Shown piece by piece: positions 25,355 through 37,834 of a stretch of 64,000 nt of DNA (within the stretch, counting starts at the first letter, position 1; each line of letters starts with the position of its first letter). The position numbers were made by a program, and so were the translations under genes. Origin of the DNA: Euprymna scolopes. Lineage: Eukaryota. The stretch lies in assembly GCA_053919585.1 (NCBI GenBank), contig CM132808.1. One strand, 5' to 3'. The notes beneath the pieces are model-generated. The model was not told where the DNA came from. It searched no databases and saw only the letters and a program-made list of their open reading frames with translations.

Positions 25355-25967
25355 GAAAACGGCTGGGCTGATTTTTATGAAATTTCACACAAAGGTATTT
25401 TATGTACTTGGCAGTGTGCTTAGATAGGTTTCTTCCTATATTCTCCGATAGAAATGTCTTTAATAAGTATTGATAATCAAAATAATTTGATGAAAGAAGG
25501 AACAGGCGATTTTGACTAAAGTTAACGCCTAAAGCAGCCTAACTTCACAAGCGCATTTGAGAAGTTTTATTACGACAAAGACAAAAAAGACTGACATATA
25601 AAATCGACAGTAGGTTCTTTCATATGACAGGCGCGTTCAAAATGAATGTTTCTGTTTGGAGCACAATTGAAGCTGATACTTGAGTTTTGCATTTTAAACT
25701 TCAAGCCATTATATATAAAAATAATTTTATAAAATTAACATTAGGTTCTCTACAGTGCAATGTAGACTACAATGTATTGTGGACTAAGTCACTGGAGAGT
25801 CATGTGAAGCTTCCTCCCGGTGCACTGCGATGAACTAGAGCAGGCAATCAATCAATTTGATTGAAAAATGTGCGATTTCACCAATTTCAATTACAATAAA
25901 AATATGAGAATATGAAACATTTGTTAATCATCATTCAATTTCAGGCAACGTCTGGTTTCCCTGCTAC
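25355..25967 (+). mobile_element. Possible non-autonomous Helitron-like element
   Basis: AAAACGGCTGGGCTGATTTTTATGAAATTT near the start and GGCAACGTCTGG...GCTAC at the end resemble common invertebrate Helitron-type motifs; degenerate. Confidence 0.4.
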
Positions 25968-27963
25968 TTTTATATAAACAAATTTTTATTCACTAAAAGA
26001 AAGATTTTGATATTTTCTATGTTCATATATTCAAACAATATCACATCAATGTGGATGTGCACCAGGGATTGATACTTAAACCTATATTGTTTCTGATCTT
26101 AATAAACAACCTCCCTAACATCACGTGTTACATGCCAAAATATCAGTTCAAAATCTTCAATAATCAATGGATTTAACCATAATAAATAACACTCATATAG
26201 TGCTATAAAAGATTTATTTGAGAAATTTTAGGTTGAAATCCTGATTTCTTCCAATATCTATCATTGGTGGACTTGGTTTTCCGATCACATTCTCGGGCCG
26301 ATATGTAATTATATCAGCTTTTTTTGGCCAGTACCATTGGCCTTTTCTGGAATACTTCATTACTGATACTTCTTTATCAATATCTATAATTGATAAAATT
26401 CACTAGGAAATAAACTTCAATTTTTTTGTTCTAATTGAACATTTAAAAAAAAATTCAGCACTAAAATAGGACATTACTGAACATAATTGTCATATATATT
26501 TCTAAATTTACTATAAATAACCATGAAATTTGAACAAAACACATGACTTCATTCAAATGTTAGAACATCATAAAGTTGAGGTTTTCTGGTACAAAAATAA
26601 ATCAAGATAGAAACTTCCTTCAAAAGGTATACAATACACATTTTCTTTTTATAATCACACACTTGGAATATTTTCTAAATAATTAAAAATAAAAATAAAA
26701 AATGTGTAATTCATTGCTGTAAACCACTTTGTAAACAAACATTCTGTTATGAATTTACATGACAGAACGACACTTGCATGAAAAGTACTTAATTCATTTA
26801 AAATTTTATAACAAAAGAAATCAGCTTTGTTGATATGAAATGTTTTTATTTTAAATAGCGTCTTGTCTAAATGTTAAAAATAAATTATCGAAGAAAAAAT
26901 AATTAAAATATTTCATTTTTCTTTTCATCACAAGTTAAAATATTCAAAGGTTGAGAAAATAAATTTTTTATCAACCGTATGGAAAACTAAGCTGGCCTTG
27001 TCGATTTTTTACATTAAGTCACAAATGTGGATTATTGGTGCTTGCTGCTGCTGCTACTGCTTGAAAAATGAAGGCTGTCCGAAAAATTTCTACTCCAAAA
27101 TTCTTATATGTGCGTTCAAACAGTTGTCAAAAAAACTACTTGATATATTTTTATGATGCATACATGAAAAAATAAAGATTTTTACACTAACCGTGCATGT
27201 TTGAAATTTTTTCAATGAAAATTGTTTATGCTAGAAAAGCCTGAACTTTAAGGGACAGTACGGTCCAAACCAAACGACCAATTCACTTAGGACAAAAACG
27301 AAGATTAAGAAAATACTTTATTCTAATTGATTACCAAATTTGAGTATTTCCCACTTCACGGAACTTTGGAATTCAATGAGATTTTGCACATGACGCTAAG
27401 GTGTAACACACGTGACAACAAATACCTTAATTCTCAGGGGTTCAATGAATAAAAATTTACTAAAAGACTATTATAATAATTAGAAGACGCCATAAAAATT
27501 TAGAAAAATACAGTTTTATAAAAAAAAATAAATGCACAATTCAGAGTTTATACATTGTTTAACAATGTTTAAAATATTTTTCCCATCTGAATGTAATGCA
27601 TGTGACGCTAGAAACAAGACTATTATAAAAAATGGTCATAGGTATGGGGTTTTTTTATGTACTACATGAAAGAATAATGCCTTAAGACTAAACAAACCAA
27701 GAAGAAAAGAGAGTAAAGTATTGTAAGGGCGATTTTAACTATATGTTATCGCTGAAAACCCTTCCGAACTGTAATACCTGTGACGTGGAATGGCCCAATA
27801 CAATCATGTTTGAAATGGGTGTATTTACTGATAACACCACATTCTATCCCTGACATGAGGACAAATGGAAGCAAGGTAATGCCCGAATCCTTAGGGAATG
27901 ATTTCCAGTCCATAGTAAAATGAGGCTAAAAGTGGATGATCAAAATTAATGTTAAGACAAAGC

Positions 27964-28170
27964 TTTTTTTTTTTTTTTTACATGGTAGTCACCACTTATC
28001 AAGGCCCGGAAGCCACTCGGAGGATAAGGGTTATTGTGTGTACAGTAATCAATGGGATAATACCGTAGTAATCGTTAGTAATGGAGATTTGATAAAGTGT
28101 TTTACTTAAAGGAGTGGTTTATCAGGAATTTGTTTATGTTGGACTTGAAGATATCCAAGTTGTAGTCAGT
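27964..28170 (-). mobile_element. CR1 family A 3'-end fragment with poly(A)
   Basis: The reverse complement resembles 24820-25010 (TTCAAGTCCAAC; CCCTTATCCT...GATAAGTGGT); poly-T at 27964-27979. Confidence 0.7.
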
Positions 28171-28269
28171 TTACTTTAAAAACTATAAGACACCTTTACA
28201 ATTTTTATTTTTATTGCATTTTCACCCCAAACAAGGCTATCATCCGAGACATAATTTGCAGGGATACTA

Positions 28270-29077
28270 TGTAGGGAGTTGATCAGCAAGATGTCTGTTT
28301 ACATTACGTTTGAAATTCTGTATATTAGTACAGTCAGGGATGCAGGAACCTGAGAGGGAATTAAAAAAATCTAGCAGTCCTAGGAAGAAACTATTAAAGT
28401 TGAAGGCTTTCTGGCATCTGGGGAGTTCTACTGTGTAAGGATGGAATTTTGCTGCTTGTTGGGTTTGTCAGAGGTATTTACATCAGGGGGGGGGGTACAA
28501 GGGTTTGTAGTTTGTTGGAGCATCTACCACTAAAATACTTGTAAAGCAGACAGAGGGAGCTACATTTTGTCGAGAGGACAGAGGTTGAAGCCTAGCTGAC
28601 AGTGCAGGATCTATTAGATTGGCAATTCTCTTTTTAACCCTGTCTAAGAGCGAGAGATGCACTAGCCTAAATGTGGCAACAATACTCCATACATGAGAAA
28701 TACAGGATACTCTCAGGCATAAGTAACTTTCTAGCACAGTAGAGAAATTCCATCTTCTTTGCAGCAGCCGTGGCGATACCCTTAATGCATCTGTTCCAAC
28801 TCATTATACCTGTGAATGTTAAACCGAGGATTTTGAACAAAGTATTTTCAGGTAATGTATCATTAACCATGGCTATTAATGGTTGAGAAGGTTTCTTGTA
28901 ATTATTAAAGAAAAGAAGCTTAGTCTTGGCAGCATTGAATGTTATCATCCATTTTTGTCCCTATTCCACTACAGACTAGAGGTCTTCCTCTAGGTTTACC
29001 GCCATCGCCTTGGATATGTGTTCATTCATTTTTCCCTCGTATCTGTTATAGAGTGTGGTGTCATCAGCAAATATACC
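28270..29077 (-). mobile_element. CR1-group LINE (family B), 3' half
   Basis: FADDTTLY next to the copia LTR, FNAAKTKLL, MEYCCHI, LQPLSSRQNVA. Confidence 0.8.
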
Positions 29078-29298
29078 TGTTAAGATTAAATAGTTATTCC
29101 CCTTAGACCGATCAAATTAAGTTGTCTCTCTTTGATAACGTGATTTTATGAGACTTTACAAGACTTCATTTTTGCAGTATAAATATCGGTCAGCCATCTT
29201 TGTTTTCGTTGTTATTGATAGTTTTCTTACTGGCCACACGTGCTGAATAAAGTATCAATTTTATATGTATTTTCATCGGCTTTGTGTGTCGTTTTTCA
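29078..29298 (+). repeat. GalEa-like 5' LTR
   Basis: TGTTAAG...TTTCA, repeated at 41313. Confidence 0.92.
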
Positions 29299-29309
29299 TG
29301 GTAGCAGAG
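29299..29309 (+). promoter_or_regulatory. PBS (initiator tRNA-Met)
   Basis: TGGTAGCAGAG immediately after the LTR. Confidence 0.85.
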
Positions 29310-29319
29310 CGTAACAATA

Positions 29320-30720
29320 GCTGCAAACTACAAAAATCCACCGATTTTTAATGAACAAAGTTATGAAGAATGGAAAAATGAGCTATTTATATGGCAGCTC
29401 ATGACGGATATTGATAAAAAGAAGCAGGCCTTGGCGGTTACACTATCTCTAACCGGGAAAGCAGTATTAAACTGTGACAAAGACGAGTTGCACAGAGAAA
29501 ATGGCATGGATACCCTCATATCTGCACTGGATGGATTATTTTTTGCGTTAAACTATAGACACAGCTTACGAAGCATACAGAAACTTTGACGGATTCCGGA
29601 GACCAGGACACGTGGCAATTTCTGAATATATTATAGAATTTGACCAGTGATACCAAAACAGTACCAAATATAAAATGAGTCTGCCAGATGCCGTACTGGC
29701 ATGCAAGCTTTTGGATAACGTGAATCTACCCGACCAGCAAAGACAGTTAATCCTGACAGCATGTGTGTCAGATGAATTATGTTATGACAAAATGAAGTCT
29801 GCCATGAAGAGAATTTTTGGCAACATTTTGAATAAACAAAATGCAGTCACACACTCAGAAAGTAAAAATACCAACATTGTGATGACTGAACAAGAGACGG
29901 CCAACCAAGGTAAGAGGCATCAGTCACATCGTCCTTTTTCAAAACCTCATAACAAAATTAAAGGAACCAATCCGCCTAACAGATATGGTAAAACGAGTAG
30001 ATGTTGGATTTGCAAAAGTGTACTTCATTGGTGGAAAGAATGAGTCTGTTAAATTTACAGAAAATATTAATTCAGACAAAAATGATTCAGCACTCATAGA
30101 CGAATGTAACATTACCCTCTTTATACAGAACAACATTTCTTCTGCAAATGAGATTTTTGCCGTGGAATCATTAAATTCTGCAGTCATTGATACAGCATGT
30201 ACAAGGACAGTCTGTGGTAAAAAATGGCTAAAACATTATGCGGATTGTGATATCCCATCTACAAAAAGTCACAAGCCTTTTCGTTTTGGTGATAGGAGGA
30301 TTATAAACTCATTCAAAAAAGTTATCTTACCAGCCAAAATAGGTAACACGAGATGTAAAATAGAGGTAGAAGTTGTCGATGGTAGATGTTCCGCTTCTAT
30401 TAAGTAAAACTTCATTGAAAAAGGCGAGAACTATCCTGGACTTGAATTCTGACAGGGCTGAGATGTTTGGAAGCCTAGTAGAATTACAATTTACATCTAC
30501 TGGCCACTACTGCATTGACATCACTGACAATTCTGTTTCTAAAGTGTTAATGATAAATGAAAACCTGGATGGCAGTACTAAATTTAAGAGGCTCACTAAA
30601 CTGCACCAACAATTTGGACATGCATCTACTGAAATCTGCAGGTAAAGATGACTAAAATTCTCAACAAATTGGAAGGTGTTATATTAAAATGTGACACATG
30701 CAGAAAACATGCTAAACAAT
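29320..30720 (+). pseudogene. Copia gag, protease and integrase zinc finger, disabled
   Basis: SYEEWKNEL..W, LPDAVLACKLLD, CWICKSVLHW, AVIDTAC, LHQQFGH...CDTC. Confidence 0.85.
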
Positions 30721-31604
30721 CGCCCAAACCTATTGTTGGTTTTTCTTGGGCTAACGATCACAACCAAACCTATTGTTGGTTTTTCTTGGGCTAACGATCA
30801 CAACCAAACCTATTGTTGGTTTTTCTTGGGCTAACGATCACAACCAAACCTATTGTTGGTTTTTCTTGGGCTAACGATCACAACCAAACCTATTGTTGGT
30901 TTTTCTTGGGCTAACGATCACAACCAAACCTATTGTTGGTTTTTCTTGGGCTAACGATCACAACCAAACCTATTGTTGGTTTTTCTTGGGCTAACGATCA
31001 CAACCAAACCTATTGTTGGTTTTTCTTGGGCTAACGATCACAACCAAACCTATTGTTGGTTTTTCTTGGGCTAACGATCACAACCAAACCTATTGTTGGT
31101 TTTTCTTGGGCTAACGATCACAACCAAACCTATTGTTGGTTTTTCTTGGGCTAACGATCACAACCAAACCTGTTGTTGGTTTTTCTTGGGCTAACGATCA
31201 CAACCAAACCTATTGTTGGTTTTTCTTGGGCTAACGATCACAACCAAACCTATTGTTGGTTTTTCTTGGGCTAACGATCACAACCAAACCTATTGTTGGT
31301 TTTTCTTGGGCTAACGATCACAACCAAACCTATTGTTGGTTTTTCTTGGGCTAACGATCACAACCAAACCTATTGTTGGTTTTTCTTGGGCTAACGATCA
31401 CAACCAAACCTATTGTTGGTTTTTCTTGGGCTAACGATCACAACCAAACCTATTGTTGGTTTTTCTTGGGCTAACGATCACAACCAAACCTATTGTTGGT
31501 TTTTCTTGGGCTAACGATCACAACCAAACCTATTGTTGGTTTTTCTTGGGCTAACGATCACAACCAAACCTATTGTTGGTTTTTCTTGGGCTAACGACCA
31601 CAAC
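30721..31604 (+). repeat. 40-bp minisatellite, left array (about 22 units)
   Basis: Unit CAACCAAACCTATTGTTGGTTTTTCTTGGGCTAACGATCA, almost invariant. Confidence 0.98.
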
Positions 31605-32174
31605 TAGTGTTGGGACGATTCCTTATTTTTATACGATTCCGATTCCGATTCCAGGAAAATATTGATTAACGATTCCGATACCAAGTACGATTCCGATTCC
31701 GATTCCTAGGGAATTTATTGTTTTGAAATATACCAGGTAGTTTTATACTTATGGTCAGTAGTTCCCAAATATGTTCCCTAACTTTGGAAAAGATATTTTA
31801 TGTCTACATCGTCATGTTTTGGTTTAAATAAAATTATTATACAGTAAACTAAACGGAAAAATGAGCAAAATTTATTTTAGAGAAAATTTATTTTACTTAA
31901 TTGGAATACAGAAAAAAAAAACTCAAAGAAAATAGAATTTATCTTTCAGAGAAAAAACAAATAAAATAGAATTTATATAACAGAACAAAAACAAGAAAAT
32001 TAGAGAATAAATACACACGATTCATTATTTTGGTCCTCATAATTAACAGATTTAATGAATTAAATAAAAAAAATATAGCGGAATAGAAAGAAAATATATA
32101 CTAATTAAATATAAAAAAGATAAATATTTGATTTAATAATTTATAAATGAACGTGCGTAATGAAAAAAAAAACA

Positions 32175-34428
32175 GGTCGAGTTGAACAACTCACACACCC
32201 CCCTGTAATTTTTTTTACCGATAGTTTCATTAAATTCTTTTGCTGGATTTTCATTGATTACACACTAATCTAATAGATTATGAAAAAAAAAAAAAAATTT
32301 ATCATTATTTCGACATTTGGAAGGGGTGCTCACTTTTTAGTTACAACGTTCTGGTAAACCGGTCACCCATTTTGTAACCATCGATATTTTTTTTTTTTCT
32401 CATAATCTGATAGATTAGTGTGTAAACAATATAAATCCAGCGAAAGATTTAATTAAAACTATCGGTGAAAAAAATTACAGGGGGGGGGGGAGTTGTTCAA
32501 CTCGCGATGTTTGTTTTTTATGAAATTGTTTTTTATAACAATGAATGGACATATTTTTAATTTTTTTAATTTTTTTTTGTTTTTATGAAAAGTTTCAATT
32601 TTTTTTACTTCGTTTTTATTTTTTCTGTTTTTTATAACAATGAATGAACATATTTTTAATTTTTTTTATTTTTGTTTGTTTTTATGAAAATAAAGTTTCA
32701 TTTTTTTTTTTTTCTTACTTCGTTTTTATTTTTTTTGTTAAGGATTCAAGTCCTATAGATTTCACTGACATGTTGGAGAAATGTTTCAAAATTCTCCATC
32801 CCCTTATCTGCTGTCATGTGGTATGCCTCCCGGTACATTGCTTCATCAACGTGGGACCATTTCATGTCTCCGGAAGACCCATAGATGTATTTTATGCGTC
32901 TTTTAATTCTTGACCAGTACCCTTCAATACTGTTTGTGCAGACTTCCGAATGTTCCGAATGGTTGACTGTCCCGTGCACATATCCGAGATTTCCTAAATT
33001 AGAATAGCTCCGCCACTGGTCTGTATAAATTGTTGACCCGACAGCAACACATTCCACAATTACTTGCTCCAATGTTCTTGCTGAGCGGTCCGAGATTCGC
33101 CGCAGGAATCCTTTCCTTTGGGTTCGGTCATAGAACCCTACAACCCATATCTGGTTTGTCACTCGGCCAACGTTATACTTCCTCTTAAATAATAGACTCT
33201 CGTCTATTTCTACAACATGTCCCGGACCGCCTAGCTTTTCCCAGTCTTTCAGCATTTTACTGGAGCAAATATCCCGGCAATACTGATACCACTGGATACA
33301 TGTTTTCTCGCTAATGCCAATGGCGTTTGCCGACCCTGTAACAGGAGTTTGTGTTACGAAGTCGTATATTATTTGTAACAGTGTGGAAATGGTCACTTTT
33401 GCGTGTTCAAAACGTGTACCACTCCGTAATGATGTGATTTTTTTGCAGCGGCAGCATCTCCAACAGAAGCCATCCAGTTTGGCTTTCCCATATTTCTGCA
33501 GGGCCATGTCATGGCCACATGAACAAACCTTACTTTGCGCTATCAAATTCTTCTCCCTGGCATAATCTATTGGCGTTTCATTCATTTTCTTCATTAACTC
33601 CCACCTTGGGTTTCCGGAGGTAGCCATAATTAAAAATTAATTACCACGTGTTCACAATGGAAAAATAACTAGTCTTAATAAAAACAAAAAAAAAGCGCAA
33701 TAAAAGGGCAATAAAAAAAATGCAATTTCTTGACATTCACTTCCGTTCTCCGAAAGTGAGTGACCAATTTGCCAGAAGGAAATTTTTTTTTTTCTTCATA
33801 ATCTGATAGATTGTGTAAAATCGATACGTTTATTTCATAAAAACACACATAAGAATAAACTTTAAAAAAAAAATTCATTGTTATAAAAAACAATCGATGG
33901 TTACAAAATGGGTGACCGGTTTACCAGAATGTTGTAAATCTATAGGACTTGAATCCTTAACAAAAAAAATAAAAACGAAGTAAAAAAAAATGAAACTTTC
34001 TTTTCATAAAAACAAAAAAAAATTAAAAAAATTAAAAATATGTCCATTCATTGTTATAAAAAACAATTTCATAAAAAACAAACATCGCGAGTTGAACAAC
34101 TCCCCCCCCCCCCCCCCGCAGTGTAATTTTTTTCACCGATAGTTTTAATTAAATCTTTCGCTGGATTTATATTGTTTACACACTAATCTATCAGATTATG
34201 AGAAAAAAAAAAAAAAAATATCGATGGTTACAAAATGGGTGACCGGTTTACCAGAACGTTGTAACTAAAAAGTGAGCACCCCTTCCAAATGTCGAAATAA
34301 TGGTAAATTTTTTTTTTTTTTTATAATCTATTAGATTAGTGTGTAATCAATGAAAATCCAGCAAAAGAATTTAATGAAACTATCGGTAAAAAAAATTATA
34401 GGGGGGGTGTGAGTTGTTCAACTCGACC
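32175..34428 (-). mobile_element. Merlin (IS1016/IS1595-like) DNA transposon
   Basis: TIRs start GGTCGAGTTGAACAACTC; perfect 8-bp TSD AAAAAACA; central transposase ORF. Confidence 0.92.
32746..33627 (-). CDS. Merlin/IS1595-family DDE transposase (293 aa, open frame)
   Basis: N-terminal Cys cluster (CSC...WRCCRC), VEIDES, RKYNVGR, IYTDQWRSY, VNHS, TNSIEGYW. Confidence 0.9.
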   Translation of the reverse strand: MATSGNPRWELMKKMNETPIDYAREKNLIAQSKVCSCGHDMALQKYGKAKLDGFCWRCCRCKKITSLRSGTRFEHAKVTISTLLQIIYDFVTQTPVTGSANAIGISEKTCIQWYQYCRDICSSKMLKDWEKLGGPGHVVEIDESLLFKRKYNVGRVTNQIWVVGFYDRTQRKGFLRRISDRSARTLEQVIVECVAVGSTIYTDQWRSYSNLGNLGYVHGTVNHSEHSEVCTNSIEGYWSRIKRRIKYIYGSSGDMKWSHVDEAMYREAYHMTADKGMENFETFLQHVSEIYRT

Positions 34429-35263
34429 AAAAAACAATATACCACGTGACATCGCGCCGTAGATACAAAATAACCTTTCCAAAGTTAACGACCATATATG
34501 AGAAATACCATTAATCGAAAGTTTTTGTGTTTTATACCAAAAGGTAGGTATAGCGAAAAGTTACAATTAAAGGAATTTCAAAAACGATTTTTTGTTTAGC
34601 TATTGATAGTTGTATTTGTGACGGCAGTTCTTCAGACCTCCATAATTCACAAGGAGTAGTTAACACCTATTATTTTTTCTTACTTTTTCATTGCTTTTAC
34701 ACGTTGTTTCTAACGTGAAGAATAAGTTTAGCCAAACTAATTTTGAAATAGGGTATATCAAAGGAACACATATAAAAATGATACCACTATAAAAAACAAG
34801 TGAAATACTAGATAAAATTGAACAAACATAATTACCAAAATTACAGAAAAAGATTTAAAAAAAAAAAAAAAAAAAATGGTGAAGTTTGTTGAGTGAAATG
34901 AATTATTGAAAGAAAATTAATTGAACTAATAGAAATGTTAAATAAAAAAATGTCACATTTCAATATTTTTTTAATAATTAAATTCTCAGGGTTGTCGAAA
35001 TTAAAAATTAAGTGATTTTTTTTTTATTAGGTTTCTTTCGAAGCTTGTTACCTTGAAAAATACATTTAAAACCCTGTTTTTTTTAAATAAATTGAAAAAT
35101 AAATGCAATTAAAAAAATTTAATTGATAATTGAAACTTTAAAAACATTAAACATTGAAAAATTACTTATCTCACAAATTAACGTCCAATAAAGTAGATCC
35201 AGTCTTCATACAGGAATTTGGTTATAATAAATATATCTTTCCCAAACTTAAAAATCAAATTTT

Positions 35264-35294
<31 letters not shown>

Positions 35295-35722
35295 GAGAGA
35301 GAGAGTGCTTTAAAATCGCCGGGGAATGCCGCCTAAAATTTTAAAGAAGTAAATTTTAGGAGTTTAGTGCCTTTCAAAGACGGTTATCATAATTTATTAT
35401 CATCATTTAATTTCCTTCTTTTTTTTTCCTCCCCCCCCCACACCTTTCCACGTGGTTCAGTAGTTAACCAGTGCTCCTGTTGCTGTCAGTCAGCTATCTT
35501 TACCTAAATTTTAATTTCTAGTTAAAAGAATTTTTCATGAATGGAATCAGCATTTTTAAAAATCATTTTCTAAGTTGTATATATTGTATTTACTCTTTGA
35601 AGTTAAGGAGGGTAAAAAAAAAAAAATGGTGACACCTAGATGGTGACGTAGGCAAAAAAAAAAAAAAAAGAAAAAAAAGACACTGCGATTTCGACCCTCA
35701 CTAATAAAACTGCTCTGAGTGA

Positions 35723-35953
35723 CTAGTTGGTAATTTTTTGTTCCTTTTCTTTTTTATTTTGCTCCTCCAATTTATTTGGATGCTTCATAGCTAAATGTTT
35801 TAACATGTTGGTTGTGGTCATGTTAGATGGTTTTATTCCTCGCGATATTTTAATTTGACAGACTTTGCAAATGGCTTTCAACTCATCATCTTCAGAAAGA
35901 CTTTTTTTTTGGACTTTGGGCCATATTAGAAAATTCAGTTTATCTGTAAACAA
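35723..35953 (-). pseudogene. BED zinc finger remnant of hAT transposase
   Basis: IW...AICKVC..KISRG...TTNMLKHLAMKHP. Confidence 0.8.
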
Positions 35954-36163
35954 ATAATTTACTATTAAATTTTGTTTTAAAGCTAGTCACTTATTTGGAT
36001 AATTAATTGAAAATAATCCGCTAAAAAAGACAAAAAGAAAAAAATATAAAGGGATGGGGTGGTAAATTGTACCAACCGGTAGTTAACAAAAAAAACTTAT
36101 AGAATTTAATTTTTGAAACCAATGTATAAAAGTTTACATAATGAAATGCAAATATGCATTTTC

Positions 36164-36760
36164 AGGTTTGTATTACTGTACACAGATTCGAAAAAGTTGT
36201 CAAAAAAACAAATATATAACAAACAAATAATATCAAAGGCAAGATAAGTTACTTTTCTACCAAACTGGGTAATTTATTTTGTTTTTATTCAATGTAACAT
36301 GTTTATTCAGCTCGAAAAACATGCAGTGTTTACCGATGTATTGGAAAATTCAAAATGGCGCCCGACACTTTCTTTAACATGGTAAGTTCGGGAAAAGGTG
36401 TTATAAATAATAAACTAGACAAAATACTATTAAAAAAACACCGAATATATGTCAAAATATGTCACGGTAACATATATTGAGCGAGTTTCTAGCAGTATTT
36501 TGTATAGTTTATTATTTATAACATCTTCTCCTGAACTTACCGTGTTAAAGAGAGTGTCGGGCGCCATTTTGAATTTTCCAATACATCGGTAAACACTGTA
36601 TGCTTTTCGAGCTGAATAAACATGTTACATTGAATAAAAACCCGAAAAATATATCCAGTTAGGTAGAAAAATAACTTATCTTGCCTTTGATAACATTTAT
36701 TTGTTATATATTTGTTTTTTGACAACTTTTTCGAATCTATGTGTACAGTAATACAAACCC
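36164..36760. mobile_element. Palindromic MITE, copy 2
   Basis: Whole-length inverted repeat of the same family as 4911-5420; perfect 8-bp TSD GCATTTTC. Confidence 0.88.
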
Positions 36761-37834
36761 GCATTTTCTTTTGAATTTTTTTTTTGGTTGACTGTGTTCA
36801 ATTCACACATGGTTGATGCGGTTCAATATTGCTAAACTATAAGTCCTTAGTAAAATTCTATTTATAAATACTTTTTAAAATGAAATTATTTAATTAACCG
36901 TAAATATTATTTAGACATAAAAATTAATTGATTACAAAACCTTTTAAAAAAAAATATATTAATTTCTTTTTCGTTCGGCAAAAATCTGCGCAAAACACTT
37001 TTAATTTTCAATTTAAAATTCTAGAAAAAAGATTATATTATTCTGCTTTTAATATAATCAAATTCAGGGTTTTATCTTTCTGGAGAAAAAAAAAAATAAT
37101 GGATTTTATTTCAATGAAATTAAAAAAAAAAAAAAAACTTGACTGAATTGAATTAATTACCCTTAAATTAACGAAGGGGTTATTTAATAACTTTAGGTTT
37201 GGAAGAGATAGGTATGGGGTCGATTTTTTTGAAACTTCAAAAGAAACCGACTACTGTCAAAACTTTGCGAAATAATACAACGTGATCAATTTCATTTTAG
37301 AGATATTTCTTTCAAAAGCCTTCTTTTAAAAAAGAAAAAAAAAGTATATTGTTCTATTAAACCTTTTACTGTTTAAATAATTTGACTTTGCTCGTTTTAT
37401 TTTACGAAAATATAAGTTGAAAAAGCATTTTCATTCACTATTAGAAGATTTGTCAGTAAAAAAAAACAATCCCCAAAAAGATAAGCGTTTTTTTTTATTT
37501 TTACTTGCAATGTAGAGCCCTGCCCCCTGCATACTTCTTTTCAAGTTAACTCCTTTGTAGTTTTGATTACAATAGATCTGAATGAATGAACCTTGTAAGG
37601 GAGGGGCACTAAGCATTGCCCTGTTAATAATGAATTTCTTTGGTTTCTTTTTATTTCTCTCTTGCGGTTAGAAATATCAGAAAATTTTTTTCTTTTTTTT
37701 CAACATCAGACTAAAAGAATCGTAATGAAGGAATCGGAAAATTAAGGTATTTTTTAACGATGCGATTCCGATACCTCCCAAAATACACGATTCTTACGAT
37801 TAACGATTCCGATTAATCGTCCCACCACTACCCA

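Larger units (their letters stand above)
31605..37830 (-). mobile_element. hAT-type DNA transposon, non-autonomous, BED-finger remnant
   Basis: 16-bp TIRs TAGTG(T/G)TGGGACGATT, clustered subterminal CGATTCC repeats at both ends, TSD ACCACAAC/CCCACAAC (7/8), and a BED finger at 35723-35953. Confidence 0.85.

Noticed and set aside
24954-25427. ORFs spanning the N run
   Set aside because: Artefacts of the assembly gap.
26250-27800. DNA transposon remnant ending in TGACGTGGAATGGCCC
   Set aside because: It looks like a terminus, but I found no matching second end, TSD or convincing ORF.
32746-33627. Bacterial IS1595 contamination or horizontal transfer
   Set aside because: Long TIRs, an 8-bp TSD and nesting among eukaryotic TEs fit the eukaryotic Merlin superfamily.
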